Positions 44,797-54,322 of a stretch of DNA of 64,000 bases are shown here, in pieces. The DNA is from Candidatus Kaiserbacteria bacterium. GTDB lineage: Bacteria > Patescibacteriota > Minisyncoccia > Phycocordibacterales > UBA2100. Below the pieces are notes generated by a model that was not told the DNA's origin, did no database searches, and was given only the letters and a program-made list of their open reading frames with translations. A program made the position numbers and the translations under genes. The stretch's first letter is position 1; each line of letters begins with the position of its first letter. The stretch is taken from assembly GCA_016217925.1 (NCBI GenBank), contig JACRFK010000010.1:4784-68783 (forward strand), given 5' to 3'.

Positions 44797-45963
44797 ATGG
44801 ACGATGTAGTAGGTGTGACCACCTCATCACGGGCGGGGGATACCATCAGTACGACTTCGCGGCAGCCCTTTTTTGTCGCCTACATCGGCTGCCTCATCGT
44901 CATCGCAAGTCTCTCGCTCTACTTTCTCCCTCATATTCTTCAGGGTGATGCACTTAGCTATGTCGATGCCGCCAAGGCATATGCGCAAGGCCAGCATTTA
45001 AGCATCGATCTGTCAGGTGAAATTACTCGGGAAATCGTCGCCGTGCATCGCATGCTGACAACGACGCTCGGTATACAGGCTCTCCGCTTCTTTTCAACTA
45101 TCGCAGGCTCGTTTGAGGTTGGTTGGCTCTTAATGGATACTGTTCTCTTTTTCGGCGGAAGCATCGTCTTGTACCTGCTCCTTGCGCGATTCTACGAAAG
45201 CGAGCGTGTGGCATTCATCGGCGGGCTCTTCTACGCCGGCAATTATTCGATGCTTTCGCAAGGCATGGGGTACTTCATGGACATAGGGGGATGGTTCTTT
45301 TATCTCCTTGCGCTGCTGCTGATATACCTCTATATCGAGTCCGGGCGGTATCGAATGCTTGTGATCGCGGCACTCACGATTGCAGTCGGTGGGTTCTTTA
45401 AAGAAAATGCCTACATGGCTTCAATTCCTTTAGGCGCGATACTTCTTTTCGAGTACTACAAAAAGCCATTGACACTTCTCGCAAAATCTGTTCCGCTTGG
45501 CCTGCTCGTCGTCGGACCGGCTGTATTACAGCACCTCTACATATACCGTGAATACGGGTATACATACGCGTATTGGATTCATGTGAGTCAAGACTACTAC
45601 GAGTACAACTCGGTTATTGTGGAGTACATAAAGAGTTTTGGTTCTCTGCTCACGTTCCTCGCGCCTGTTGCACTCATTGGTGCATATGAATTTGTGCGTC
45701 GCTTTTTTGATCCCACACTCGATCACAAAAAGAAAGTCTTTCTCGTGTCTGTGCTTGCGTCATCCATTCCGGCCGTATTATGGCCTGCGATTACGCAACG
45801 CGTTCTTTTTCTCGCTGTTCCCGGGCTTATTCTGCTCGCGGGACTGTGTATCAAGCGATTCGAGCGATATTGGTACGCATTCGTGCCGCTTATCATTTTG
45901 TATTTGCTTGCGGCTCTCACGATGGATTCCTTTATTCTCAACTACGTAAATCTGCCGATGTAG
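44797..45963 (+). CDS. Multi-TM membrane protein, GT-C-like
   Basis: GDALSY after first TM, FKE motif, about 10 hydrophobic segments. Confidence 0.65.
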   Translation: MDDVVGVTTSSRAGDTISTTSRQPFFVAYIGCLIVIASLSLYFLPHILQGDALSYVDAAKAYAQGQHLSIDLSGEITREIVAVHRMLTTTLGIQALRFFSTIAGSFEVGWLLMDTVLFFGGSIVLYLLLARFYESERVAFIGGLFYAGNYSMLSQGMGYFMDIGGWFFYLLALLLIYLYIESGRYRMLVIAALTIAVGGFFKENAYMASIPLGAILLFEYYKKPLTLLAKSVPLGLLVVGPAVLQHLYIYREYGYTYAYWIHVSQDYYEYNSVIVEYIKSFGSLLTFLAPVALIGAYEFVRRFFDPTLDHKKKVFLVSVLASSIPAVLWPAITQRVLFLAVPGLILLAGLCIKRFERYWYAFVPLIILYLLAALTMDSFILNYVNLPM

Positions 45964-45964
45964 T

Positions 45965-47065
45965 ATGTCGCGAAAGCCCCTCGTGCATCTCGCGTATACG
46001 GTCCCACTCGGTCGGACGCGCGCCAGGCGTGCGCTCGACAAAGTGCTTCGACTGATGCACGTGACTCCGCTACACCGATTTGCACACGACGCGCTTATTC
46101 CTTGGCAGCACCCGATACGTGCGCCGCATAGCATCACACACAACCTTCTCGACGCTATTCGCGCACGCGGGTACGATGTCCGCCTCTATAGTTTGTATGA
46201 GCACACGGTCACGCATCTCGAGCCGGGGGATATCTTTATCGGGCAGCCCGTGCCAAGCGGCGGCTTCGGTGTCACACGAGCAGATACAGACGACACTGAG
46301 TCGGTAACTTCGAGGACAATACGCAAGTACCCGAGCGCTCGAAACTTTCTTATGATGCCGTATTCGCATGATGCCCAATACTCACTCTTCTGGAAGGATC
46401 TGTTGCGAGATAACAATACCGCAGGCGGTGGAGCTATTCTCGTAGGTGGGCAGATTTGGGAGCGTGACTGGGAGACAAAATCACCATTTGCAGACCTCGG
46501 ACGACTTAAGAAAATCCACCTAACCTGCATGGGCATTGACGCATCAGAGTATCCGCTCGTCAAAAAGAGTTTCAACCCAAAGGGAAAACGGAAATATCTC
46601 TATATCGGGCACACTGCCTGGTACAAAAATACTGTCGAGCTTGAGCGCATAGCAGCACGGATGCCGGAGTACGAATTCGCGCACATTGGAGGAGGGGAAG
46701 TGAAAGGGTGGAAGAAGCTCGCGAATTTTGCGCCGCTGACACCTGAATATATGAAGAAGCTTGCGAGTGAGTACGACATCTTTTTGAATGTCAGCACGGC
46801 AGATCCGCAGGCAACGACCATCGTGGAGCAGATGTGTTTCGGCTTTGCGATCGCGTGTACGCCGGAAACGGGCTATGACTATCCGGCGCTGGCGACTCTG
46901 CGTACCAACGATACAGAGCACAATATCCGCGTTCTACAGCACCTACAGCAAGTCGATGAGGAAGAACTGCTTATCCAAGCCCGCGAGAATAGGAGAATTG
47001 CCGAAGAGAAACACGGGTGGGCTCAGTTTACGGACCAAGTCCTCGATTTCACCGAGATCCGTTAA
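45965..47065 (+). CDS. Glycosyltransferase (GT-B fold)
   Basis: YIGHTAWYKN, DPQATTIVE. Confidence 0.7.
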   Translation: MSRKPLVHLAYTVPLGRTRARRALDKVLRLMHVTPLHRFAHDALIPWQHPIRAPHSITHNLLDAIRARGYDVRLYSLYEHTVTHLEPGDIFIGQPVPSGGFGVTRADTDDTESVTSRTIRKYPSARNFLMMPYSHDAQYSLFWKDLLRDNNTAGGGAILVGGQIWERDWETKSPFADLGRLKKIHLTCMGIDASEYPLVKKSFNPKGKRKYLYIGHTAWYKNTVELERIAARMPEYEFAHIGGGEVKGWKKLANFAPLTPEYMKKLASEYDIFLNVSTADPQATTIVEQMCFGFAIACTPETGYDYPALATLRTNDTEHNIRVLQHLQQVDEEELLIQARENRRIAEEKHGWAQFTDQVLDFTEIR

Positions 47066-47196
47066 GTACGAAGAACTTACTCCCCCTGCACCCTTGAGCC
47101 TGCAGGCGACGAAGTTACTTTTCTGAATTTGACGAGCTACAAGAAACAGGGCATTATCTGGACCGGCTTGAAAATCAGCCGAGAAAGGGGGCCGAG

Positions 47197-47745
47197 ATGG
47201 CTCACAAGGCAAAGGCTGCGTTCGTTCCCGCCTATGGGTTGCGGAATGACGGTTGGCTCCATGCTCGGCTTGTTCGGCCCGTCCGGCTGGTAGCGCAGAG
47301 CGTAGAGTCTGTACGTCAGGCAGCGCAATTGCTCAACGATAGCAAGGTCGAGCACATCATCCTCTCGACCTGCTATGACAGCTGGGAAATGGAGGCGGAG
47401 CTCAAAAAAGCTCTGCTCGCATCACTCGGGGTTGACCTCACTCGTGTGAGTGTCATCCCTGCCGTGGTCAACACCAAGACGGAAGTTGAAGCGGCAGGGC
47501 GGATCATTCACGAGTTCGCGATTGAAAAAATCACCATCGTCGCGGACAAGTGGCATCTGCCTCGGGTGCACGAGGTTTTCCGCATGTGGTTCCCAGGCGT
47601 CGGGATCGAAGGGCATTCATTTACAACGCCTCGATTCGAAGTCGTGTATGAGCCCTTGCTTATCAAGAGAATTCGCGGCGGCAACGCGTTGCTCTGGGTC
47701 TTATGGAACTGGGCGTTGTTGCTCAAGCTGAAAATGCGGGGGTGA
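47197..47745 (+). CDS. YdcF/DUF218 family protein
   Basis: NTKTE, IVADKWHLPR. Confidence 0.7.
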   Translation: MAHKAKAAFVPAYGLRNDGWLHARLVRPVRLVAQSVESVRQAAQLLNDSKVEHIILSTCYDSWEMEAELKKALLASLGVDLTRVSVIPAVVNTKTEVEAAGRIIHEFAIEKITIVADKWHLPRVHEVFRMWFPGVGIEGHSFTTPRFEVVYEPLLIKRIRGGNALLWVLWNWALLLKLKMRG

Positions 47746-47754
47746 TTTCCCGCG

Positions 47755-47782
47755 ACCCGGCCGCGCGCATGTGCGGCCGGGT
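47755..47782. terminator. Hairpin between convergent genes
   Basis: ACCCGGCCGC-gcgcatgt-GCGGCCGGGT. Confidence 0.55.
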
Positions 47783-47791
47783 AATCGTTTA

Positions 47792-48208
47792 CTACTGCAG
47801 CGTCCAGTCTGTTATTTTCTTCTTCGCCTGTTCGTGAAGGGGAATCTTCAGGCGAAAGGTATCGTTCTCATAATTGTCGCCACCGCGCGGGCCGTTTACA
47901 AAGCTTAAAAAGGCGCATTTTTGGAGAGCGATGAATTCATGAGCCTCACCTTTGTCCCAGCGGGTCACATCGTTTTGCCTGACGACAAATTTCTCGATTT
48001 TCTTACTCCCTTGTTTTCGGCTGAAGGCCTGCATACTGCCGGAGAGCATAAAATCAGTTTGTTGTGATTTCTTGTGGAAGTGATTTCCCCGGACTGACCC
48101 TTTGTTTGAATACACGATAACGCAGTGCTGGTACGGCTCTTTGACAAAAATATCCATTATGGTTCCGCGAGCGTCTTTGAAATCGATTTTTCTCTTTTCT
48201 CTTTTCAT
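47792..48208 (-). CDS. Cupin-fold sugar isomerase/epimerase-like protein
   Basis: DARG, RGNHFH, EAH. Confidence 0.75.
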   Translation of the reverse strand: MKREKRKIDFKDARGTIMDIFVKEPYQHCVIVYSNKGSVRGNHFHKKSQQTDFMLSGSMQAFSRKQGSKKIEKFVVRQNDVTRWDKGEAHEFIALQKCAFLSFVNGPRGGDNYENDTFRLKIPLHEQAKKKITDWTLQ

Positions 48209-48212
48209 ATGG

Positions 48213-49418
48213 CTATTCTATGACATGAGGGGTAATGAAGCTCAGGTGGGGGTATTTCGGAGAGATCTTGCCTTTCAAGAAATCGGCGATATTCCAAGCG
48301 AGAATGAGGGCGTGCGTAACGTCTTCGGTTATAGCGTCGTCAGAGCGTATCGGAAGGTGCGAACCGGGAGTATATTTGCCGATTTTTAAAGGGGATGCGT
48401 CGGTGGCGAAGTCAATGAGCGTGGTGTCTATGCCACAGTAGTTTAAAAGCGTATTTCCTTTGGCAGCCGCACCTATCGCTACCACTTTCCCGCCTCCTGT
48501 ACGAGCATCCACCAATTCTTTAAGCAAATGTATCTTGCAGTCCCTAACGCTTGCTGCGAATTTCTCCCACGTTCCCACAGTGTAAAGCCCGGATTTCTCC
48601 TCTAAAGCGATTTGCTTTTTTACCAAGGGGCTTTCTTCGCCGAAGCCGACAAAGATCCGTATCGATCCGCTCATGTAGTCATTTTCCTCAAGGTGGGTAA
48701 TGGAAAGACCAAATTTCTTGAAAAAGGGGACAAGAGGCTTCACGGCGACGTACGATACGTGTTCAAGGTAGATGACGTCAAAATGTTTCTTCCTGATAAT
48801 TTCCAGGAAGTAAGGAAGTTCAATCACAAAGCTGCCTTCTTTGTCCAAAATGGAAATCACACATTTCATGAATTCATCAAGAGGAGAAATGTGATTGAAT
48901 GCGTTCGTTATCGTAATTGCTTTCGCTCGACCCTTTTTCAAGATTATTTTGGCGGACGATTCGTTAAAAAAATCATTGATCGTAGGAATGCCATTCTTCT
49001 CGGCAAGCGCCACAATGTTTGGAGCCGGATCCACTCCTTGTATCGTTGCTCCGAGATTTTTGAATGCACCAAGGAGAGTGCCGATGTTGCTGCCTATGTC
49101 CACGATAAGTTCTCCCTTCTGTACTCCCGCTCGCTCGCTTACCTCCTTTGCCATATCCGTGAAGTGCCCTACTGAAATCTTAGAATTGCCGGAGTCGTAG
49201 CTGTAATCATTTTCTTGATAGCGGACTTCTGCGGGGACGACAAAACTGTTCATCCCATGTCCACAATTTTGGCAGAGAAGTACGGAAAGAGGATACCGTC
49301 TCTCCGGTTCTTGGAGTTGATTCTCTTTGAGAAAGAAGTCCGCCAGCGGATGGAATCCAAGATCGAGGACCTTCTTTAGAGACTGAGAACCGCACAAATG
49401 ACAGTTCGTGACATTCAT
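48213..49418 (-). CDS. NDP-hexose C-methyltransferase (Zn-binding), second copy
   Basis: CHLC/CQNC, DIGSNIG, YLEHVSY, GAAAKGNTLLN. Confidence 0.88.
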   Translation of the reverse strand: MNVTNCHLCGSQSLKKVLDLGFHPLADFFLKENQLQEPERRYPLSVLLCQNCGHGMNSFVVPAEVRYQENDYSYDSGNSKISVGHFTDMAKEVSERAGVQKGELIVDIGSNIGTLLGAFKNLGATIQGVDPAPNIVALAEKNGIPTINDFFNESSAKIILKKGRAKAITITNAFNHISPLDEFMKCVISILDKEGSFVIELPYFLEIIRKKHFDVIYLEHVSYVAVKPLVPFFKKFGLSITHLEENDYMSGSIRIFVGFGEESPLVKKQIALEEKSGLYTVGTWEKFAASVRDCKIHLLKELVDARTGGGKVVAIGAAAKGNTLLNYCGIDTTLIDFATDASPLKIGKYTPGSHLPIRSDDAITEDVTHALILAWNIADFLKGKISPKYPHLSFITPHVIE

Positions 49419-49804
49419 AGGGCGATTTTATCATCCACGAAGGGTCCATCCTTGAAGGCGTACATGAGGGCGTCTTCGATGACCCGTACCTCATGACCGC
49501 CCCGTATGATGAGCAGGCATTGGCCCTCCGTAACGCGTTTATTCTCAATTAGTTCTCCTTTCTCGTCAAAAATACTTGCCTCAATCGCACCCTTGATCAC
49601 GACGATGGCCTCCTGGGGTTGTTGGGTGGTCTTAGTGATTTTTTTGTGGGTATGTTTTGCGACCACATGGCCACTCTTCCGTTTCATGAGGAGTAATTGG
49701 ATTGACCACGCAGGATCAGTGGCAGGAAACGTGCCCTCTTGGATTGATTCAAGATCCAGGACGACCGCAAACACTTCTCCTCCCGATTTGATTTCAGTTC
49801 TCAT
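49415..49804 (-). CDS. Cupin-fold hypothetical protein
   Basis: HTH..QE, GGH, GPF motifs. Confidence 0.7.
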   Translation of the reverse strand: MRTEIKSGGEVFAVVLDLESIQEGTFPATDPAWSIQLLLMKRKSGHVVAKHTHKKITKTTQQPQEAIVVIKGAIEASIFDEKGELIENKRVTEGQCLLIIRGGHEVRVIEDALMYAFKDGPFVDDKIAL

Positions 49805-50774
49805 TGGGGTGTGCCATATCGTAATCTATCATCGCGTGAACAATCTCGTGAAATTTCATTTTTGGTTTCCAGCCTATCTTTTTTATTTTTGAAGCATCTC
49901 CAAGAAGCAGGGGAACCTCATTCGGCCTCTTGTAGCGCTCGTGGATTTGTACGTATTTCTTCCAATTCAGCCCGACGTATGAAAACGCCTCTTCGACAAA
50001 TTCCTTGATGGTATGGGTTTCTCCTGTCGCGACGACGTATACGTCCGGTTCCTTTTGCTGCATGATGAGATATATCGCCTCAACAAACTCCGGGGACCAT
50101 CCCCAGTCGCGTTTTGCGTTTAGATTTCCGAGCACCAAATTTTCTTGAAGCCCTTGTTTAATCCTAGCCACTGCTTTGCTCACTTTTTTTGTGACGAAGG
50201 TACCGCCGCGTCGCGGGCTTTCGTGATTGAACAGTATGCCTGTAGTCGCAAACATGCCGTATCCGTCGCGGTATTGTCTTGTGAGATGGTACGCAGCCAA
50301 TTTTGCGACACCATACGGACTTTGAGGATTCATCGGTGTCTTTTCGTTATACGGGGCCGGTACACCCGGGACTCCAAACATCTCCGAACTCGACGCCTGG
50401 TAAAACTTGGTATGGGGGGATAGTTTCCTCAGCGCTTCCAGGACGTTCAATACACCGACCGCATTCGCCTCCAGGGTATATTGCGGTACCTCAAAGGACA
50501 CTTTTACATGAGACATGGCGCCGAGGTTATAGAATTCATCAGGCCGAACTTCTGAAATTATGCCGGCTATAGATGGACTGTCCGTGAGGTCACCGTGATG
50601 CGTATGAAAATCCGGATTTCCGACAATGAGATGGTCTATCCGAGCTGAGGCAAAAGAAGAGAGCCGGCGCATTATCCCGTGCACCTCGTATCCTTTTGAG
50701 AGAAGAAGCTCCGCTAAATATGAACCGTCCTGTCCCGTGACGCCACTTATAATGGCTTTTTTCTTATTCTTCAT
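49794..50774 (-). CDS. gmd: GDP-mannose 4,6-dehydratase (copy 1)
   Basis: [42 protein letters not shown]. Confidence 0.95.
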   Translation of the reverse strand: MKNKKKAIISGVTGQDGSYLAELLLSKGYEVHGIMRRLSSFASARIDHLIVGNPDFHTHHGDLTDSPSIAGIISEVRPDEFYNLGAMSHVKVSFEVPQYTLEANAVGVLNVLEALRKLSPHTKFYQASSSEMFGVPGVPAPYNEKTPMNPQSPYGVAKLAAYHLTRQYRDGYGMFATTGILFNHESPRRGGTFVTKKVSKAVARIKQGLQENLVLGNLNAKRDWGWSPEFVEAIYLIMQQKEPDVYVVATGETHTIKEFVEEAFSYVGLNWKKYVQIHERYKRPNEVPLLLGDASKIKKIGWKPKMKFHEIVHAMIDYDMAHPNEN

Positions 50775-50894
50775 AGACGAGTTTGAGTCATCATACACGT
50801 TTTGACATCTTTTTCATCTGATCTTTGAAAGAATCTCCAAGAAGAAAGCAATACTAGCAGACTGCTATTCTTCGGACAAGCTATCGATGTTATC

Positions 50895-51593
50895 ATGCAG
50901 ATCATGCGCTCGGTCGCTGTTGTGGGTTCACAAGGATACGTCGGGAGCGTTTTATACGAGCGGCTTCTCCGCTCTTCAGAATATGCCCCAGAAGGGGTCA
51001 CAAGAGAAAACCACTCCATCATGAAGGAGAAGGATTTTGATATACTCATCAATTGCGCGATGCCATCTGGAAAGTTCTGGGCCAACAATAATCCCGAGGT
51101 TGATTTTAAAGAAACAGTAGAGAAAACAGCAAATCTTTTATATGGATGGAAGTTCAAAAAGTTCGTCCAAGTAAGCACTGTATCAGCGCGATGCCAATTA
51201 GACACCATATATGGTCGCCATAAAGCGGCTGCAGAGAAGCTGTGCGATTTTGGTAACAATCTCATTGTCCGCCTCGGGGCACTCTATAGCCCGGAAATGA
51301 AGAAAGGCGTGCTTGTGGACATGATCCAAGGCAAGAAGGTTTACGTAAACGGAGCAAGCCGCTACCCCTTTATTTCTGTATCCTTTTGCGCAGATTGGGT
51401 AGTGTCAAACCTTGACCGGGAGGGCACTGTAGAGATCGGGGGAACGAACGCCATTGCTTTGAAGGATGTGGCGGACCACATTGGGGCGAGCGTGGAGTTT
51501 GAAGGAGCTATCCATCATCTTGATATAGAAAGTACGGAAGATCTCCCGGAAGCAAGCGATGTCTTGCATTTCCTTGATTCATTGAAGAAGTGA
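50895..51593 (+). CDS. Short NAD-dependent epimerase/reductase, inverted relative to neighbours
   Basis: VGSQGYVG, INCA, YGRHK. Confidence 0.75.
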   Translation: MQIMRSVAVVGSQGYVGSVLYERLLRSSEYAPEGVTRENHSIMKEKDFDILINCAMPSGKFWANNNPEVDFKETVEKTANLLYGWKFKKFVQVSTVSARCQLDTIYGRHKAAAEKLCDFGNNLIVRLGALYSPEMKKGVLVDMIQGKKVYVNGASRYPFISVSFCADWVVSNLDREGTVEIGGTNAIALKDVADHIGASVEFEGAIHHLDIESTEDLPEASDVLHFLDSLKK

Positions 51594-51629
51594 TACGGTA
51601 TTGCCGCTCGCTCAGCATAGTGAAGAAAC

Positions 51630-52616
51630 TCAGCCCCTGCCCAGAATTTTTTTAAATAATCGGTGCAACATTCGTTGTGCTCGAGCTACTATTCTTACAA
51701 ATGTACGGGAAACATACCAAAAGAAAAAGCGATTTGCTGCTTGCAGGCGAATGTAGTTTCTCTTCAGGAACGGATCGCGGGTAATATAATCAATATCTTT
51801 TTCCCTTATAATTCTATCCTCAAGCACGCCTCCTGCTGCGGTTAAAAGTTTTTGGTGGCGCGAGAAGAATAGGCGGGCATTTCTTTGGATGGTTGAACTT
51901 GCCGACATAACCCCAGGGGCTGTTCTTGTTTTCCCCCAGCTGCTGTCTGAGCGATAGTTAATCCAAAAAGCTCCACACTTCATTCCGTAGAGCCACGTGG
52001 CACGCAGTACAAGGTCTGCTTCGTCGAATTGTCCCGGAGCAAAGAGCTCGTCGAGATATCCAAGTTTTTTTAGGATGTCATTTCGAAATGCAATAGGTCC
52101 TCGATTGATAATATTACGAATCGTAAATGTATCTCGCGGGAGTGACAAAAACGCTCTTGCTGCATAATCATAGTAACAAGGGGCACCTTCGGTATCCCCC
52201 TGTTTTACGTTAAACGCCGCCTTACTCGAAACGGCAAATATGTCATCAAAAGCGCGAAGAGGGTACGTAAAACGCCGTTCCCATCCTTTTTCTTCAATAA
52301 CTACATCGTCTTGGAGGGTGATGAGATACTCCTCTCGCGCAAGGCGAAATCCGATATTATTAGCTCTGAGCTCGTAGACATTTTCTGCGGTTGCGATTAT
52401 CAGGTTTTTCAGAAGAGTGACCTTATTATCCTTAAGAAACTGTTCGCTAATTTTTTGAGATCCATCAGTGCACCCGTCAAAAACCAAAATCAGATTAAAT
52501 GGCGTGGTCGTGTTGTTCAAGATTCCCGCGAGGACTCTAGGAATAAGTTGTTCTTGATTGTGTATACTGATAACAATATCAAGCGCAGTGAGCGGTTTTG
52601 GGTGCGTAGACGACAT
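51630..52616 (-). CDS. Glycosyltransferase family 2
   Basis: ISIHNQE, FDGCTDGS, LQDD, GYLDE. Confidence 0.85.
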   Translation of the reverse strand: MSSTHPKPLTALDIVISIHNQEQLIPRVLAGILNNTTTPFNLILVFDGCTDGSQKISEQFLKDNKVTLLKNLIIATAENVYELRANNIGFRLAREEYLITLQDDVVIEEKGWERRFTYPLRAFDDIFAVSSKAAFNVKQGDTEGAPCYYDYAARAFLSLPRDTFTIRNIINRGPIAFRNDILKKLGYLDELFAPGQFDEADLVLRATWLYGMKCGAFWINYRSDSSWGKTRTAPGVMSASSTIQRNARLFFSRHQKLLTAAGGVLEDRIIREKDIDYITRDPFLKRNYIRLQAANRFFFWYVSRTFVRIVARAQRMLHRLFKKILGRG

Positions 52617-52625
52617 ATTTTTTGC

Positions 52626-53561
52626 TCACGCGCTGTTAAAAGAATTTTTGAACCATACGTACGTGCTCGCTAGTCCTTGCTCGAGCGGAATCGTGTGTTT
52701 CCAACCGAGTGCGTGGATCTTGCTTACATCTAGCTTCTTTTGGGGCGTACCGTCGGGCTTAGTTTTGTCCCAGACTATTTTCCCATTGTAGCCGACGGTG
52801 GCGGCAATGAGTTCAGCAAGCTCCCTGATGGTCACATCTTCTCCCGTACCGATGTTGATGATAGAAGGATCATCGTATGTTTCCATGAGGAAGACGCAAG
52901 CGCTTCCAAGGTCGTCAACGTGCAAAAATTCGCGTTTGGGGGCGCCGGTGCCCCAGACCGTGACCGTCGGGGCGTCGGACATTTTTGCCTCGTGGAAACG
53001 TCGTATCAGCGCGGGAAGGACATGCGAACGCTCGGGGGAGAAATTGTCGTTGGGACCATATAGATTCGTCGGCATGACGGAAATGAAATTGCAGCCGTAT
53101 TGACGGTGGTACGCCTGGCACATTTCAATTCCCGCGATTTTGGCCATGGCATACGCGCTGTTCGTTTCTTCGAGAGGACCGGTCATGAGGTACTCCTCCT
53201 TGATAGGCTGGGGTGCGAGTTTGGGGTAAATGCATGAACTCCCGAGGAAGAGCAATTTCTTGACCCCGCTTTTGTATGCCTCGTGCAAGACATTGGTCTG
53301 CACGATGAGGTTCTCGCGGATGAAATCTGCCGGATAGGTATTGTTGGCCATGATGCCTCCCACGCGTGCGGCGGCGAGGAAGACGTATTCGGGCCTTTCA
53401 GTTTCAAAAAATGCCCGAACAGCGATTGGATCCAACAGGTCGAGCTCGTCATGTGTTCGTACAATAATATTGGTGTATCTTTTCCGTTCGAGCTCTCGTA
53501 CGATAGATGAGCCGACGAGGCCTCGGTGTCCGGCGACATATATTTTGGAGTTCTTTTCCAT
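52626..53561 (-). CDS. fcl: GDP-L-fucose synthase
   Basis: [46 protein letters not shown]. Confidence 0.95.
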   Translation of the reverse strand: MEKNSKIYVAGHRGLVGSSIVRELERKRYTNIIVRTHDELDLLDPIAVRAFFETERPEYVFLAAARVGGIMANNTYPADFIRENLIVQTNVLHEAYKSGVKKLLFLGSSCIYPKLAPQPIKEEYLMTGPLEETNSAYAMAKIAGIEMCQAYHRQYGCNFISVMPTNLYGPNDNFSPERSHVLPALIRRFHEAKMSDAPTVTVWGTGAPKREFLHVDDLGSACVFLMETYDDPSIINIGTGEDVTIRELAELIAATVGYNGKIVWDKTKPDGTPQKKLDVSKIHALGWKHTIPLEQGLASTYVWFKNSFNSA

Positions 53562-53564
53562 TCT

Positions 53565-54041
53565 TTATTTCAACGCTTTTAAGGCTCCTTCAATCCGTGC
53601 CTTCACGTTGGGGTGTAGAGTCGGATCGCTCACAGAGAACCAGCGTATTTCGCTGTGTTGGCTATCCGGCTTCATCGATTCGTCCGCAATAGTGCATACA
53701 AAGTATACATCGACAGCGTGGTAGTTTACTCCCTCAAAGATGGAGGAATCGTTTATTTCGTTGAGGACACCGGCAAACGTAAGCGCTGTCGGGGGAATAG
53801 AGAGTGCGAGCTCTTGCTTGGCGATGCGACAAGCGGCCTCCAAGAAGTTTTCATTCTTGAAGAAGCGGCCGCCGAAACTGTAAAATTCTCCCGCATAGGG
53901 TTCATTGGTCCGCTTGCCAAGAAGTACCTTCGACTTGTCGGGATTCAGGAATAGTACGTCAACGGTGACGAGCGGCATGTTTTCCATCGCGGCGCGGTAG
54001 AGCTCTAATGGCACCATTCCTCCTATAGGTTGTTTCATCAT
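53565..54041 (-). CDS. gmm: GDP-mannose mannosyl hydrolase-like NUDIX protein
   Basis: PLVTVD, LLGKRTNEP, GGRFFKNE..RIAKQEL, QH..RWF, H(P)NV; lies between gmd and fcl. Confidence 0.75.
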   Translation of the reverse strand: MMKQPIGGMVPLELYRAAMENMPLVTVDVLFLNPDKSKVLLGKRTNEPYAGEFYSFGGRFFKNENFLEAACRIAKQELALSIPPTALTFAGVLNEINDSSIFEGVNYHAVDVYFVCTIADESMKPDSQHSEIRWFSVSDPTLHPNVKARIEGALKALK

Positions 54042-54322
54042 CCCGTTAGAGATAGGAAGCCTTTCAAGCGATTCTTGATGTAGCGCTTACCCATCCCAAA
54101 TTTAAGAAATAATTCTCTCGACCGTGCGTCATCTTCGTTCCTGCACATTTCGTAGTATATCAACTCTAGCGGACGACGTCCTTTTGTCGAACGACTAAGA
54201 CCGTCGCTGTGTTGCTTGAAACGCTTCCGTAGGTCGTTCGTGAACCCCGTATACGTTTCCCCGTCTTTGAGGCTTCGGAGAATGTAAGTATAGAAACTTT
54301 CTTTATCTCTAACGGGAATCAT
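54038..54322 (-). CDS. Small GIY-YIG nuclease
   Basis: YTYIL...YTGFT, R..QH, T..RRP, YYE, RE..LK. Confidence 0.9.
   Translation of the reverse strand: MIPVRDKESFYTYILRSLKDGETYTGFTNDLRKRFKQHSDGLSRSTKGRRPLELIYYEMCRNEDDARSRELFLKFGMGKRYIKNRLKGFLSLTG
54042..54317 (-). mobile_element. GIY-YIG-carrying TCCCGTTAGA...TCTAACGGG element (276 bp)
   Basis: Minus strand: ATGAT-TCCCGTTAGAGATA...TATCTCTAACGGG-ATGAT; direct repeats at 54318-54322 and 54037-54041. Confidence 0.85.

Noticed and set aside
54038-54322. GIY-YIG gene as an intron-encoded homing endonuclease
   Set aside because: No group I/II intron core fits in 276 bp that the ORF fills entirely, and the protein lacks a C-terminal DNA-binding extension.
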